A model generated the notes under the pieces. It saw only the letters and a list, made by a program, of their open reading frames with translations. It searched no databases and was not told where the DNA came from. Both the position numbers and the translations under genes were made by a program. From Gemmatimonadota bacterium (GTDB lineage: Bacteria > Gemmatimonadota > Gemmatimonadetes > Gemmatimonadales > GWC2-71-9): 56,279 bases of DNA. Position 1 is the first letter of the stretch; every line of letters starts with the position of its first letter. The DNA lies in contig JAHECN010000003.1 of assembly GCA_024641735.1 (NCBI GenBank), forward strand, positions 1 to 56,279, in the 5' to 3' direction. Positions 9,499 through 19,757 of this stretch are shown in pieces.

Positions 9499-11217
9499 AT
9501 GCCTGTGATCGAACGGACGGGGGTCGCCCGCGCGCTGGAACAAATTGCCTCCTATCTCGACTTGAAGGGGGAGAACTCCTTCCGCGTGCGCGCCTTCACC
9601 ACTGCGGCGCGGACAGTTGAGGGGGTTTCGGGTCCGCTCGCTGAGGCCCTCGCGGACGGCTCCTTGGCCAAGGCGAAGGGAATCGGTCCTGCGATCCTGG
9701 AAGTCATCACCGAGTTGGTCGAGAGCGGGCGCGCGACACTGCTGGATGAACTTCGGGCCGACGTGCCGCCAGGGCTGATCGAGATGCTCGACATCTCCGG
9801 CCTCGGTGTCGCCAAGGTGCGCACGATCCACCAGACGCTGGGCATCACGACGCTGGCAGAACTTGAGGTCGCCGCAGGTGACGGACGCCTGGCGGCCTTG
9901 CCGCGATTCGGTGAGCGCACCGCGCAGAACGTCCTCAAGGGGATCGCCTTCCTCCGTGAAGCGAGTCAGTGGCGCCTGGTGCACCACGCCACCGATGAAG
10001 CCACCGCACTCGCCGAAGCGCTGGGCCGCGTGCCGCACGTGGTGGCAGTGCATATCGCCGGAGAGGTTCGGCGTCGGATGGAAACGGTGCGTGAAGTGAT
10101 CATTGTGTTGGTCGCCGACGTTCCCCCGGAAGAGATTTTTCGACATCTCGCTTCGCTCCCGGGTGCGCGCGGGATCGCGGGACAGGACGAACGCCGCGCC
10201 ACGCTCCGCCTCGCCGCCGGGACCGCGGCGCAGATCATCGTCACCCCGCCGCAGAATCTCGGGACCGTGCTGGCGCAGGCCACCGGGAGTGATGCGCACC
10301 TGAATGCGCTCGCGGCGCACGCGACAAGCCGTGGATTCACGCTGGCCGGCACGGCGCTCTGGGAAGGAAGCCGCTTCGTGCCGACGCCAACCGAGGAGTC
10401 GCTCTACCACGCGCTGGGACTCCCCTGGATCCCGCCCGAACTGCGGGAAAGTGGCGCCGAAGTTGGGATGCCGGTGCCGCGGCTCTTGGAGCGTGGGGAC
10501 CTCCGCGGTTTTCTCCATTGCCACACCACCTATTCGGACGGCAACAACAGCGTGGCCGAACTCGCGGCGGTCTGTCGCGCGGATGGCTATTCCTATCTCG
10601 GCATTACCGATCATTCCCGCGCGGCGGCCTACGCGGGAGGGATGCAGCCCGATGACATCCGGCGGCAGTGGGACGAAATCGATGCCGTGAACGCCTCGAA
10701 CCCCGGGATCCGTGTGCTGAAGGGGATCGAGAGCGACATCCTGGTGGATGGATCGCTCGACTATCCGGATGACATTCTGGCGGGCTTCGATTTCATCATC
10801 GGGTCGGTGCACTCGCGTTTCACGCTGTCGCGTGACGAGATGACGGATCGCGTCTGTCGGGCGATGACCTCGCCGTACTTCACGATCCTCGGCCACCCCA
10901 CCGGCCGATTGCTGCTGAGTCGTGAGGCGTATCCGATCGACCTCGATCGCGTCTTCGAGGTGGCGGCCAGAGAAAAGGTCGCGATCGAGATCAACGCCGA
11001 CCCGCATCGCCTCGATCTCGATTGGCGCGTCCTCGCCGCGGCACGCGCCGCCGGCGTGATGATCAGCCTCGGATGCGACGCGCACAATCTTGCCGGCGTC
11101 AGCAACATGACGTGGGGTGTCGGGGTCGCACGGAAAGGCGGACTCACACGCGATGCCGTGCTGAATTGCCGCGACGCGGAAGGGTTTCTCCGCTTCGCGC
11201 GCGCACGTCGCCCCTGA
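9499..11217 (+). CDS. polX: PolX-PHP family DNA polymerase/3'-5' exonuclease (polymerase site degenerate)
   Basis: GENSFRVRAF, HhH motifs (GIG, GLG), WIPPELRE, and intact PHP motifs HCH/SDG/TDH/GHPTGR/EIN/DAH. Confidence 0.92.
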   Translation: MPVIERTGVARALEQIASYLDLKGENSFRVRAFTTAARTVEGVSGPLAEALADGSLAKAKGIGPAILEVITELVESGRATLLDELRADVPPGLIEMLDISGLGVAKVRTIHQTLGITTLAELEVAAGDGRLAALPRFGERTAQNVLKGIAFLREASQWRLVHHATDEATALAEALGRVPHVVAVHIAGEVRRRMETVREVIIVLVADVPPEEIFRHLASLPGARGIAGQDERRATLRLAAGTAAQIIVTPPQNLGTVLAQATGSDAHLNALAAHATSRGFTLAGTALWEGSRFVPTPTEESLYHALGLPWIPPELRESGAEVGMPVPRLLERGDLRGFLHCHTTYSDGNNSVAELAAVCRADGYSYLGITDHSRAAAYAGGMQPDDIRRQWDEIDAVNASNPGIRVLKGIESDILVDGSLDYPDDILAGFDFIIGSVHSRFTLSRDEMTDRVCRAMTSPYFTILGHPTGRLLLSREAYPIDLDRVFEVAAREKVAIEINADPHRLDLDWRVLAAARAAGVMISLGCDAHNLAGVSNMTWGVGVARKGGLTRDAVLNCRDAEGFLRFARARRP

Positions 11218-11874
11218 ATGGCTCGCGAAGGTAAGGCCGCGCGCGCCGAGCGCGTGCTCGAGATTCTCTCGCGCTTGAAGCGTGAGTATCCGGACGCCCA
11301 CTGCGAGTTGGACTACCGCAACGCCTTCGAGTTGCTGGCTGCCACGATCCTCTCCGCCCAGTGCACCGATGTGCGCGTCAACATGGTGACGCCCGCGCTC
11401 TTTGCACGCTATCCGGATCCGCACGCCCTCGCGGCGGCTCGGCAGGAAGATGTCGAGGCGTTGATTCGCTCCACCGGCTTCTTCCGCAACAAGGCGCGCT
11501 CACTGATTGGCATGGCCCAGGGGTTGGTGGCCGACTTCGATGGTGAGGTCCCCCGGACCATGGCCGAGCTCAACCCGCTGCCCGGGGTCGGACGGAAGAC
11601 GGCCAATGTCGTGCTCGGCAACGCGTACGGACTCAGCGAGGGGATCACCGTCGACACCCACGTGATTCGGCTCGCCAATTTGCTCCAGTGGAGCCGCGTC
11701 CGGGACGCCGTCAAACTCGAACGGGAGCTGATGCCCCTGATTCCGCGGGATGACTGGACCTTGGTCAGTCACCTGCTGATCTGGCATGGGCGGCGGGTCT
11801 GCATCGCGAATCGGCCGAGGTGTGGGGAGTGCGTGCTGGCGGAACTCTGTCCTTCGAGAGTGGATAGTCGATAG
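11218..11874 (+). CDS. nth: endonuclease III
   Basis: ILSAQCTD, Hh[16 protein letters not shown] and the C-terminal Fe-S motif CxxxxxxCxxCxxxxxC. Confidence 0.96.
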   Translation: MAREGKAARAERVLEILSRLKREYPDAHCELDYRNAFELLAATILSAQCTDVRVNMVTPALFARYPDPHALAAARQEDVEALIRSTGFFRNKARSLIGMAQGLVADFDGEVPRTMAELNPLPGVGRKTANVVLGNAYGLSEGITVDTHVIRLANLLQWSRVRDAVKLERELMPLIPRDDWTLVSHLLIWHGRRVCIANRPRCGECVLAELCPSRVDSR

Positions 11875-11938
11875 TCGTGAGTCGCGAGAAGGATGCCACG
11901 ATTCGCAGGCGCACCCTCACGACTCACGACCCACGACT
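11866..11938. repeat. GAGTCGT/ACGACTC heptamer inverted repeat
   Basis: AGTCGATAGTCGTGAGTCGCGAG ... CTCACGACTCACGACCCACGACT; the left arm contains the nth stop codon. Confidence 0.75.
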
Positions 11939-11977
11939 CCCCCCTATATTTCCCCCTTACCCTTTGAGGATCCCTGC

Positions 11978-12427
11978 ATGTCCAAAATCGCCACTCTCGT
12001 CACCGAACGCGGCACCATTGTCGCTGACCTCTTTCCGGACGCTGCCCCCGAGACCGTCGCCAACTTCGAGAAGCTCGCCAACAGCGAGTTCTATGATGGC
12101 GTGCGCTTTCACCGGGTGATCGCCAACTTTGTGATTCAGGGTGGTGACCCGCTCTCGAAGGACCCGAAGAACCCGCGCATCGGGACCGGCGGCCCGGGAT
12201 GGACCATCAAGTGTGAGACTGCGGGGAACCCACACAAGCATGCCGCGGGCTCGCTCTCGATGGCGCACGCCGGGAAGAACACCGGCGGCTCCCAGTTCTT
12301 CATCGCGCATTCGCCGCAGCCGCACCTCGACGGCGTGCACACCGTCTTCGGGCAGGTGACCGAAGGGATGGACATCGTGAACGCCATTCGACAGAACGAC
12401 ATCATCACCTCCATTCGGGTGAGCTGA
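11978..12427 (+). CDS. cyclophilin-type peptidyl-prolyl cis-trans isomerase
   Basis: [27 protein letters not shown] and LDGVHTVFG motifs; ATG at 11978. Confidence 0.95.
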   Translation: MSKIATLVTERGTIVADLFPDAAPETVANFEKLANSEFYDGVRFHRVIANFVIQGGDPLSKDPKNPRIGTGGPGWTIKCETAGNPHKHAAGSLSMAHAGKNTGGSQFFIAHSPQPHLDGVHTVFGQVTEGMDIVNAIRQNDIITSIRVS

Positions 12428-12429
12428 CC

Positions 12430-12846
12430 CTGCACGCCGAACTCGCACTCCTCGCCGACTATGCCCTGGTCGACCAGTACGGCAAGCTCTCCGTATTGGG
12501 GATCTGGCGACACCTGATGGTCGGGCAGTTCCCGGGAGTGCACCCCCGGGCGCATCTCGTGGTGCACCTGCGGGGGCGCCGGACCGAGATCGGGACGCAT
12601 CAGGTGATCGTCCGTCTGGTGGATCCGAATGGTGGCACGTTGCTCGAGCAGAACGGAATGATGGAAGTCAACGAACCTCCTGCCGGCGTGACGGAGCTCG
12701 ACGCACCACTGGTGCTGATCTTCGACGTTCCGCTCTCGGTGCCGGGCGAGTATGCCTTCGTGGTGGTCGTGGACGAGGAGGAAGTCGCGCGCGTCCCCTT
12801 CGCGGCGTCCGCCCCGGTAGCCCCGACCGGCGGGACGATCCACTGA
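12430..12846 (+). CDS. DUF6941-like protein
   Basis: Frame extends upstream of the track start to (L/M)HAELALLADYALVDQYGKLSVLG and ends with PGEYAF; probable CTG start. Confidence 0.7.
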   Translation: MHAELALLADYALVDQYGKLSVLGIWRHLMVGQFPGVHPRAHLVVHLRGRRTEIGTHQVIVRLVDPNGGTLLEQNGMMEVNEPPAGVTELDAPLVLIFDVPLSVPGEYAFVVVVDEEEVARVPFAASAPVAPTGGTIH

Positions 12847-13436
12847 TGGACGGCGCTCCCTGGCCGCGGGAGCGGGCGTGGCAGTTGATGACGGAGTGGA
12901 CGGCCTCGCCTGCGCTCCGCGTGCACATGCATGCGGTCGAGCTCGCCATGCGACACTTTGCACCGCAGCATGGCGCCGACCCGGAGTGGTGGGGTGTCGT
13001 GGGCTTGCTCCACGATTTCGACTACGAGCGCTACCCCAACAACGACCAGGCCGCCGACGCCGAGCACCCGAGCGAAGGGGTACGCCACCTCCGGAGCCTC
13101 GGATTTCCGGAGGAGGGGTGTGACGCCATTCTCGGCCACGCCGCCTTCACTGGCGTCCCGCGGCACTCGCCCCTCGCGAAGGTGCTTTTTGCGGTGGATG
13201 AGCTCGCGGGATTCCTGGTGGCCTGTGCATTGGTGCGCCCCTCGAAGTCGCTGGCGGACCTCGAAGCGCCATCAGTCCTGAAGAAGTTGAAGGACAAGGG
13301 ATTCGCGCGTGGCGTGTCGCGGGATGATGTGCGGCTCGGTGCCGAGGAGCTCGGCGTCCCGCTCGACGCGTTGATCCGTGAGATGTTGAGCGCCTTGCGC
13401 CCCCACGAACACGCCCTCGGACTCGGCACCCCATGA
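12846..13436 (+). CDS. HD-domain hydrolase
   Basis: H...GLLHDFDYE, HP, ILGH and AVDEL motifs. Confidence 0.88.
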   Translation: MDGAPWPRERAWQLMTEWTASPALRVHMHAVELAMRHFAPQHGADPEWWGVVGLLHDFDYERYPNNDQAADAEHPSEGVRHLRSLGFPEEGCDAILGHAAFTGVPRHSPLAKVLFAVDELAGFLVACALVRPSKSLADLEAPSVLKKLKDKGFARGVSRDDVRLGAEELGVPLDALIREMLSALRPHEHALGLGTP

Positions 13437-14845
13437 CCGCGCCGACGGCCCGCCTTCGACCGAGTGTCGGCGGGTTGTCGCGAGCCCTCGACCGTGCCGC
13501 CGGGAGTCAGGCGATTCCCGGCAACGCGGTCACGCTGCTGATTGATGGACCCGAGACGTACGCCGCGATGCACGCACAGATTGCCGCGGCAACCCGTCGG
13601 ATTCATCTCGAGAATTACATCATCCATGACGACGTCGTGGGAGAACGGTTCGCCGAGGCCTTGATCGCCAAGGCGCGCGCTGGCGTGCGCGTCCGCGTGC
13701 TCTACGACTGGGTCGGTTCGTTCAGTACGTCGCGGCGGTTCTGGAAGAAGCTCCGTGACGCCGGCGCGGAGGTCCGCGCCTTCGGTCCGCCCCGGCTCTC
13801 CGATCCGCTCCTCATCTTTGCGCGCGACCACCGCAAGTTGTTGGTGGTCGATGGCGAGTGCGGCGTCACCGGCGGATTGTGCCTCGGGGTCGAGTGGACG
13901 GGGGATGCCAGCAAGTCCCGATTGCCCTGGCGCGACACCGCGGTCGGGATCCAAGGCCCCGCGGCCCGAGCACTCGACGGTGCCTTTGCCCGGGCGTGGG
14001 TCTTCTCGGGGGGGCGGGCGCCGGATGACGGCGTCGAAGTGGCTCCAGATGTCACGGTGGCTGGGGAAACGGTCGTCCGGGTGGTCGCGACAGAACCGGG
14101 TCGGGAGCGGGCCTACCGGACAATCGACCTCCTCTTGGGCATGAGCGCCGAACGGATCTGGATCACCGAGGCCTACCTCGCTGCCCCACAACGGATGTAT
14201 CAGGCGATCCAGGATGCCGCACGGGATGGGGCCGATGTTCGGATGCTGGTTCCCGGATCCAGCGACCTTCCGACGGTCCGAAACCTCGCCCGGGTGGGGT
14301 ATCGGCCCTTGCTCCGGGCCGGGGTGCGGATCTGGGAATGGAATGGTCCGATGCTCCATGCCAAATCGATTGTAGCGGACGGACGCTGGTGCAGGGTAGG
14401 ATCCAGCAACTTGAATGTGTCGAGTCTCCTCGCTAATTGGGAACTCGATATCTTTATTGACGATGAGGCCCTTGGCGAAGAGATGGAGCACCAATTTCGC
14501 ACCGACGCGGCCGCCGCCCGAGAAGTCTTGCTCCGTCCGCGAAAGCTCCCCGCCATTATGGGCCGGAAGTTTCCGCCGAAGTTGGCGTTGGCAGCGGCTT
14601 CCGGGGATGCCTGGGGCCACGTCGCTGGCCCCTGGGAGCGGATCCGGGTGGCGGCGGTGATCGCCGGAGGGCTGGCCTACGGTGCCCGCGCGGCCCTCTT
14701 CGGGCCGATCGCGCTCGTCCTGCTGGTGCTCTCGATCGCGTTCGCCCTTGCTCCAGGGGCGATGGCACTGGTGGCCGCCGTGGTCTCAGGGATCGGAGCC
14801 GTCGCTCTCGGAGTCCGGGCCCTCTCGCATCGGGAGCGGGGTTGA
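13433..14845 (+). CDS. phospholipase D family, cardiolipin synthase-like, with C-terminal TM pair
   Basis: Two HKD motifs (HRKLLVVD, HAKSIVAD), WRDT and GSSNLN. Confidence 0.9.
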   Translation: MTAPTARLRPSVGGLSRALDRAAGSQAIPGNAVTLLIDGPETYAAMHAQIAAATRRIHLENYIIHDDVVGERFAEALIAKARAGVRVRVLYDWVGSFSTSRRFWKKLRDAGAEVRAFGPPRLSDPLLIFARDHRKLLVVDGECGVTGGLCLGVEWTGDASKSRLPWRDTAVGIQGPAARALDGAFARAWVFSGGRAPDDGVEVAPDVTVAGETVVRVVATEPGRERAYRTIDLLLGMSAERIWITEAYLAAPQRMYQAIQDAARDGADVRMLVPGSSDLPTVRNLARVGYRPLLRAGVRIWEWNGPMLHAKSIVADGRWCRVGSSNLNVSSLLANWELDIFIDDEALGEEMEHQFRTDAAAAREVLLRPRKLPAIMGRKFPPKLALAAASGDAWGHVAGPWERIRVAAVIAGGLAYGARAALFGPIALVLLVLSIAFALAPGAMALVAAVVSGIGAVALGVRALSHRERG

Positions 14846-14873
14846 TGATCAACCTCCCCGCGCGCCGACGCGT

Positions 14874-15428
14874 ATGACCTCCGTGGACGAGAGCGCTCTC
14901 GCGGCTCGCGCAGCCAAGGGGGACGCCGACGCCTTCGGGGTGTTGGTGGAGCTGCATGCCCCGATGGCCCGACGAGTGGCCTACACGATCCTGGAGGACC
15001 GGGAAGACGCCGATGATGCGGCCCAGGAGGGGTTTCTCTCCGCGTGGCAGGCGATTCATCGGTACGATGCCCGGCGGGCCTTCCGGCCTTGGCTGATGCA
15101 AATCGTGGTGAACGCGGCCCGGGATCTCCGCCGCCGCCGCCGGGTTCGGACGACGGAATCTTTGGACTTCGTCGCTGCCGCCTCCCGGGATGACCCGGCC
15201 AAGGATGCTGGGTCGATGGATCTGGGGGATCGCCTGCGCGAGGCGTTGGCGACGCTCCCGGAACGGCAGCGACTGGCCGTCGTGATGTTTGATGCAGAGG
15301 GCTATCCTCAGGCAGAAATCGCCGAGATGTTGGGGATTCCCGAGGGGACTGTCAAGTCGGATGTGTTCCATGGACGCCGTGCGCTTCGGAAGGTGCTCGG
15401 TTCAGTGAAGGAGGAGTGGGATGAGTGA
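14874..15428 (+). CDS. ECF-type sigma-70 factor
   Basis: DADDAAQEGF, FRPWL and region 4 EIAEMLGIPEGTVKS; ATG at 14874. Confidence 0.92.
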   Translation: MTSVDESALAARAAKGDADAFGVLVELHAPMARRVAYTILEDREDADDAAQEGFLSAWQAIHRYDARRAFRPWLMQIVVNAARDLRRRRRVRTTESLDFVAAASRDDPAKDAGSMDLGDRLREALATLPERQRLAVVMFDAEGYPQAEIAEMLGIPEGTVKSDVFHGRRALRKVLGSVKEEWDE

Positions 15429-15750
15429 CATTTCGCCGTTCGATGCATCGCCCGACACCGAGCTTGGCTCGGCGTTGCGCGACGCACTCGAGGCACCGCA
15501 CCCTGCGGCATTCGTGACCCGAGTGCGTGCGCGCATGGGCGTGCAGGGCCGTGCTTGGGAAGACGAGCTTGCCGGATGGTTCTGGCAGGGGCTCGCGGCC
15601 GCATCACTTGCCACGCTCTTGGCAGGATGGAGCTGGAAGCAAGGTGCGACGGTTCCGACGGTCGAGACTTCGGTCGCCAGTGAGCTGATGAACGGCGACC
15701 GGACCGGAACGGAAGTCCTTCTCGTCGCGATGACCGAGGGGCGCCGGTGA
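15421..15750 (+). CDS. putative membrane anti-sigma factor
   Basis: Overlaps the sigma gene; FVTRVRARM followed by one TM helix. Confidence 0.6.
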   Translation: MSDISPFDASPDTELGSALRDALEAPHPAAFVTRVRARMGVQGRAWEDELAGWFWQGLAAASLATLLAGWSWKQGATVPTVETSVASELMNGDRTGTEVLLVAMTEGRR

Positions 15751-16244
15751 GCACCAGGTCGCGGACTCAGGCGGTGGCGCTGCTGTTGACAGCGTTCGGT
15801 GTTGGCGCGGTGGCTGGTGGTGCGGCACTCACCTCGGCGATTCGCAACGGGAAGGCGGATTTCGTCTTTCCTGAAGGGCGAGCGCCGGTTGCTGGAAATC
15901 AGGGCCGCCAGGACTGGACGAGGCGCATCGGGCTCGAAGGCGAGTTGCGCGACACCGTAATGGCGATTTCCCGGCGCGGGGAACGCGGCATCGACTCGAT
16001 CGTCCGAGGGGCAATGGGGAGCACCATGGATTCGCTCTGGGAATCGGTGCGGCCAGCAGTCGAGGCCCGGCGCTCCGAGACACGAGCACAGATTCGCGGG
16101 TTGTTGTCGCCGGAATTGCAGGTCCGATACGACTCACTCACGAAAGCCAACGACGAAAACCGCCGACGGATGCGGGAACAGGGCCGCAGTGGCCCGGGCG
16201 GGCAGGACGGACGAGGAGGAGGGGGAACACGTGGTTCGCGCTAA
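15747..16244 (+). CDS. putative periplasmic helical accessory protein (Spy/CpxP-like)
   Basis: N-terminal TM (FGVGAVAG), helical body with IRGLLSPELQVRYD, Gly/Arg-rich tail. Confidence 0.55.
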   Translation: MSTRSRTQAVALLLTAFGVGAVAGGAALTSAIRNGKADFVFPEGRAPVAGNQGRQDWTRRIGLEGELRDTVMAISRRGERGIDSIVRGAMGSTMDSLWESVRPAVEARRSETRAQIRGLLSPELQVRYDSLTKANDENRRRMREQGRSGPGGQDGRGGGGTRGSR

Positions 16245-17544
16245 GCACATGACCTGCGCCGCGATTGCGGCGCTTTTGTTGACGACCCAAGCCGCCGCGC
16301 AGGCGCCGGCTTCCATTACGCTGAACGATGCACTGCGCCTGACCGAGGAGGTCACCCCATCGGTGGTGTCTTCGCGTGGCTCCATGCGGAGCGCTGAGCT
16401 GGCCGTGCGGCAGGCCAAGTGGGCGTTCCTGCCCCAGATCACGGCGCGGCCCCAGGCCAACTTGCAGATGAACTCGGGCCAATCACGGGTGAACCCGATC
16501 ACGGGTGCCGTGGAGAGTGGCAACACGACCAACCCGAGTTATGGCATGAACGTCGGCGTGACACTGCCGATCTTCGACGGCTTCTCGCGCAATCATTCGC
16601 TCAAGGCAGCGCGGGCGCAGGAAAATGCGGCGGACGCGAACTACACATCGAGCCGTTTCGCTGCGGCGCTCTCGGTGACGAACGCGTTCTTCGACGCGCT
16701 CGCCAACCGGGAGCTGTTGCAGGTCAGCGAAGCGGCGGGGCTGCGCGCCGAGGAGCAATTGAAGGTCGCGACCGCGCGCCTTCGCTCCGGGGCTGGGCAG
16801 CGCACCGATTCCTTGACGGCATTGGTTACCCTGGGACAGGCGCGGCAGAACCGGCTCCAGGCGCTGGCCAACTTGGCCAATGCCGAGGCAACGCTCGGCC
16901 GGTTGGTCGGATTCGAGCAGCGCGTTGCTGCCACCGCGGACTCGGCGTTTTATCAGACCCCGCCCGCCCTCGACACGACAGCGCTGCGGAGCGAGGCGTT
17001 CGCCATGGCACCGGCGATTCGGAGTGCTGAGGCCAATCTGGTTGCGGCGAAGGCGCGGCTGAGTCAGCAACGGTCGGCCTACTATCCGAGTGTCGACCTC
17101 TCTGCGTCGTCCAATTGGAACGCCAGCAAGACCAACGACTACACGCTCGAAGGGCGTCGGCAGTTGCTGATCGGGTTGAGCATCACGCCCTGGACCAATT
17201 ACCAGCGCGAGACGCAGGTGGAGAATCAGTCGATCGCGGTCGACAACAGTGAAGCCTCGCTCGCCGATCAACGACGTCAGCTCAGCGCCCAGCTGACGCA
17301 GTCCTTCGCCGCGCTCGCCAATGCAAGCGAAGCCATCGAACTCGCCAAGTCGTCGGTGCAGGCGAGCCAGGAAAACGTTCGGGTCGCCGATCAGCGGTAC
17401 AAGCTGGGCGTCATGACGATCGTGGAACTGATGCAGATCCAGGAGCAATTGACGCAGGCCGAGGTGAACGAGATTCAGGCCCGCTTCACCTATCTCCGAG
17501 CGAAAGCATCGCTCGAGGCACTCGTTGGCCGGAGGCTACCGTAA
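16231..17544 (+). CDS. TolC family outer membrane efflux protein
   Basis: Signal peptide, LPIFDGF, YYPSVDL and RYKLG...EL motifs. Confidence 0.9.
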   Translation: MVRAKHMTCAAIAALLLTTQAAAQAPASITLNDALRLTEEVTPSVVSSRGSMRSAELAVRQAKWAFLPQITARPQANLQMNSGQSRVNPITGAVESGNTTNPSYGMNVGVTLPIFDGFSRNHSLKAARAQENAADANYTSSRFAAALSVTNAFFDALANRELLQVSEAAGLRAEEQLKVATARLRSGAGQRTDSLTALVTLGQARQNRLQALANLANAEATLGRLVGFEQRVAATADSAFYQTPPALDTTALRSEAFAMAPAIRSAEANLVAAKARLSQQRSAYYPSVDLSASSNWNASKTNDYTLEGRRQLLIGLSITPWTNYQRETQVENQSIAVDNSEASLADQRRQLSAQLTQSFAALANASEAIELAKSSVQASQENVRVADQRYKLGVMTIVELMQIQEQLTQAEVNEIQARFTYLRAKASLEALVGRRLP

Positions 17545-18302
17545 TGGGCAAGGATATCCGCGACACCGGCGAACGGATGGCCATGCTGCCAGCTGACGTG
17601 CCGCGCGACGCCATCATCGTCACGCGCAATCTGAAGCGCGAATACACGATGGGTTCGGAGGTTGTGCACGCGCTGCAGGGCGTCGACCTCACGATCCGGA
17701 AGAATGAGTTCGTTGCCATCATGGGCCCTTCGGGCTCTGGCAAGTCGACGCTGATGAACATGATCGGCTGCCTCGACTCGCCCTCCGATGGTGAATACTG
17801 GCTGAATGGCTATCGCGTCAGCGAACTCAACGACGACGAACTGGCACGGATCCGGAACAAGGAAATCGGCTTCGTCTTCCAGACGTTCAACCTGCTGGCG
17901 CGCGCCTCCGCGCTCGCCAACGTGGAACTGCCGATGGTCTATGCCGGCGTCTCCACGAAAGAGCGGCGCGAGCGGGCCAGGCAGGCGCTCGATCAGGTCG
18001 GGCTGGGCGACCGGATGGATCACCGCCCGAACGAATTGTCGGGTGGTCAGCGGCAGCGCGTGGCAGTTGCCCGTGCGCTGGTGAATCGGCCGTCCATCAT
18101 TCTTGCCGACGAACCGACCGGCAACCTCGACTCGGCCACCTCGGTCGAAATCATGGCGCTTTTTGAGTCCCTGCATGCGCAGGGACAGACGATCATCATT
18201 GTCACCCACGAACCCGATATCGCAGCACACACCAAGCGTCAGATCATCCTGCGGGATGGTTTGATTGCGAGCGACGTGAGCAGCATGGAGAACCGCACGT
18301 GA
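17544..18302 (+). CDS. MacB/LolD-type ABC ATP-binding protein
   Basis: [36 protein letters not shown] and VTH motifs. Confidence 0.95.
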   Translation: MGKDIRDTGERMAMLPADVPRDAIIVTRNLKREYTMGSEVVHALQGVDLTIRKNEFVAIMGPSGSGKSTLMNMIGCLDSPSDGEYWLNGYRVSELNDDELARIRNKEIGFVFQTFNLLARASALANVELPMVYAGVSTKERRERARQALDQVGLGDRMDHRPNELSGGQRQRVAVARALVNRPSIILADEPTGNLDSATSVEIMALFESLHAQGQTIIIVTHEPDIAAHTKRQIILRDGLIASDVSSMENRT

Positions 18303-19756
18303 AGTCCTACATCCGAGTCTTGTCCCTTGTCGCCCTCGTTGCTGCCTGCAGCAAGCCTGAGCCGTTGCCGGTATATGAGGCTGTCACGATCGGGAAGCGT
18401 GACATCGTGGTCACCGCCGAGGCGGTTGGCGCGATCAACCCCGACACCATCGTCGAGGTGAAGTCGCGCGCGTCCGGCGAAATCATCGAGTTGGCGGTGG
18501 AAACCGGACAGCTGGTGCGTCGCGGCGAACTGCTGGCCCGGGTGGACCGTCGCGTCCCGACCAACCGCGTGTCGCAGGCACAGGCTGCGGCCGATGTGGC
18601 CCAGGCGCGTCTCCGCAATGCCGAGGCGCAGTTGCGTCGGGCACAGGAACTCTTCGCGGCACGGGCGATCACCGAGCAGGAACTGGAGTCGTCCACCCTC
18701 GATGTGGCCAACTCCAAGGCGGCGGTGATCAGTTCGACGATCGATCTCGAGAACGCCAAGATCGCCCTCGATGACACGGAAGTGCGTGCTCCGATGAGTG
18801 GCGTCATCCTCGCGAAGAACATCTCGCGCGGTACAGTCATTTCTTCCCCGACGAGTGATGTTGGCGGCGGTACCGTCCTGCTCAAGATGGCAGACCTCAG
18901 CCTGGTCCAAGTGAAGACCTTCGTTGACGAGACGGACATCGGCAAGATCAGCGTGGGGCTCAAGACCGCCGTGACGATCGACGCGTTCCCGACGCGGTCG
19001 TTCCAAGGCTCCATTCTCAAGATCGAGCCGCAGGCCGACACCATCCAGAACGTCACCATGTTCCCAGTCCTGGTGCGGATCGACAACAAGGACGGGCTCC
19101 TCAAGCCAGGGATGAGCGCGAGCGTCAAGGTGAGTGTCAATCAGAGCCTGGACGTCGTGGCCGTGCCCAATTCGGCCCTGCGGACAGAGCGCGATGTGGC
19201 GAGTGCCGCGGGAGTCCTCGGGATCTCCGAAGCGGATCTGGCGCCGATGATGGAAGCGGCGAAGGCCGCCAACGCGCCGCCTGCGGGCACTCCGAGCCCG
19301 GACGGTGGTCAGGCGCTCGAAGGCAAGGCGCCTAGCGCCGCCGCACCAGCTGGCGGTGGAATGCCCCCGGCGAACGCGATGGCTGCTGGTGGCGCCGCAG
19401 GTGGCCGTGGCAATGGCGGTGGTGGTGGCGGTCGTGGCAATGGCGGCGGCGGGCGTGGTGGGTACTCACCCGGGGGACAGTATGTGGTCTTCGTCCTGCG
19501 TGACGGCAAGCCGACTCCCGTCTACGTCCGAACCGGCCTCACCGATCTCGATTTCACCGAGGTCAAGTCCGGACTCGTCGAAGGAGATCAGGTGCTGATG
19601 CTGCCGAGCGCGTCGCTCTTGCAGAGCCAGAAGGACTTGCAAGAGCGCATCAGCCAGCGGAGCAGCGGGCTGCCTGGACAGGGCAACGCGACGACGACGC
19701 AAACCAAGACCGCGGCGCCGGCTGGGGCCGGTGGTGCGCGTCCCGGAGGGAGGTAA
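18299..19756 (+). CDS. MacA-like periplasmic adaptor (membrane fusion protein), lipoprotein
   Basis: Lipobox LVAAC, VKSRASG, RAPMSG, VDETDIG and LKPGM motifs; Gly-rich insert. Confidence 0.92.
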   Translation: MKSYIRVLSLVALVAACSKPEPLPVYEAVTIGKRDIVVTAEAVGAINPDTIVEVKSRASGEIIELAVETGQLVRRGELLARVDRRVPTNRVSQAQAAADVAQARLRNAEAQLRRAQELFAARAITEQELESSTLDVANSKAAVISSTIDLENAKIALDDTEVRAPMSGVILAKNISRGTVISSPTSDVGGGTVLLKMADLSLVQVKTFVDETDIGKISVGLKTAVTIDAFPTRSFQGSILKIEPQADTIQNVTMFPVLVRIDNKDGLLKPGMSASVKVSVNQSLDVVAVPNSALRTERDVASAAGVLGISEADLAPMMEAAKAANAPPAGTPSPDGGQALEGKAPSAAAPAGGGMPPANAMAAGGAAGGRGNGGGGGGRGNGGGGRGGYSPGGQYVVFVLRDGKPTPVYVRTGLTDLDFTEVKSGLVEGDQVLMLPSASLLQSQKDLQERISQRSSGLPGQGNATTTQTKTAAPAGAGGARPGGR

Positions 19757-19757
19757 G

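Noticed and set aside
8530-11424. 964-aa antisense ORF (similarly 27345-29750, 53071-55068, 13031-14620, 45114-46643, 47133-48602)
   Set aside because: Shadow ORFs opposite well-supported genes; expected from high-GC codon bias; no recognisable motifs.
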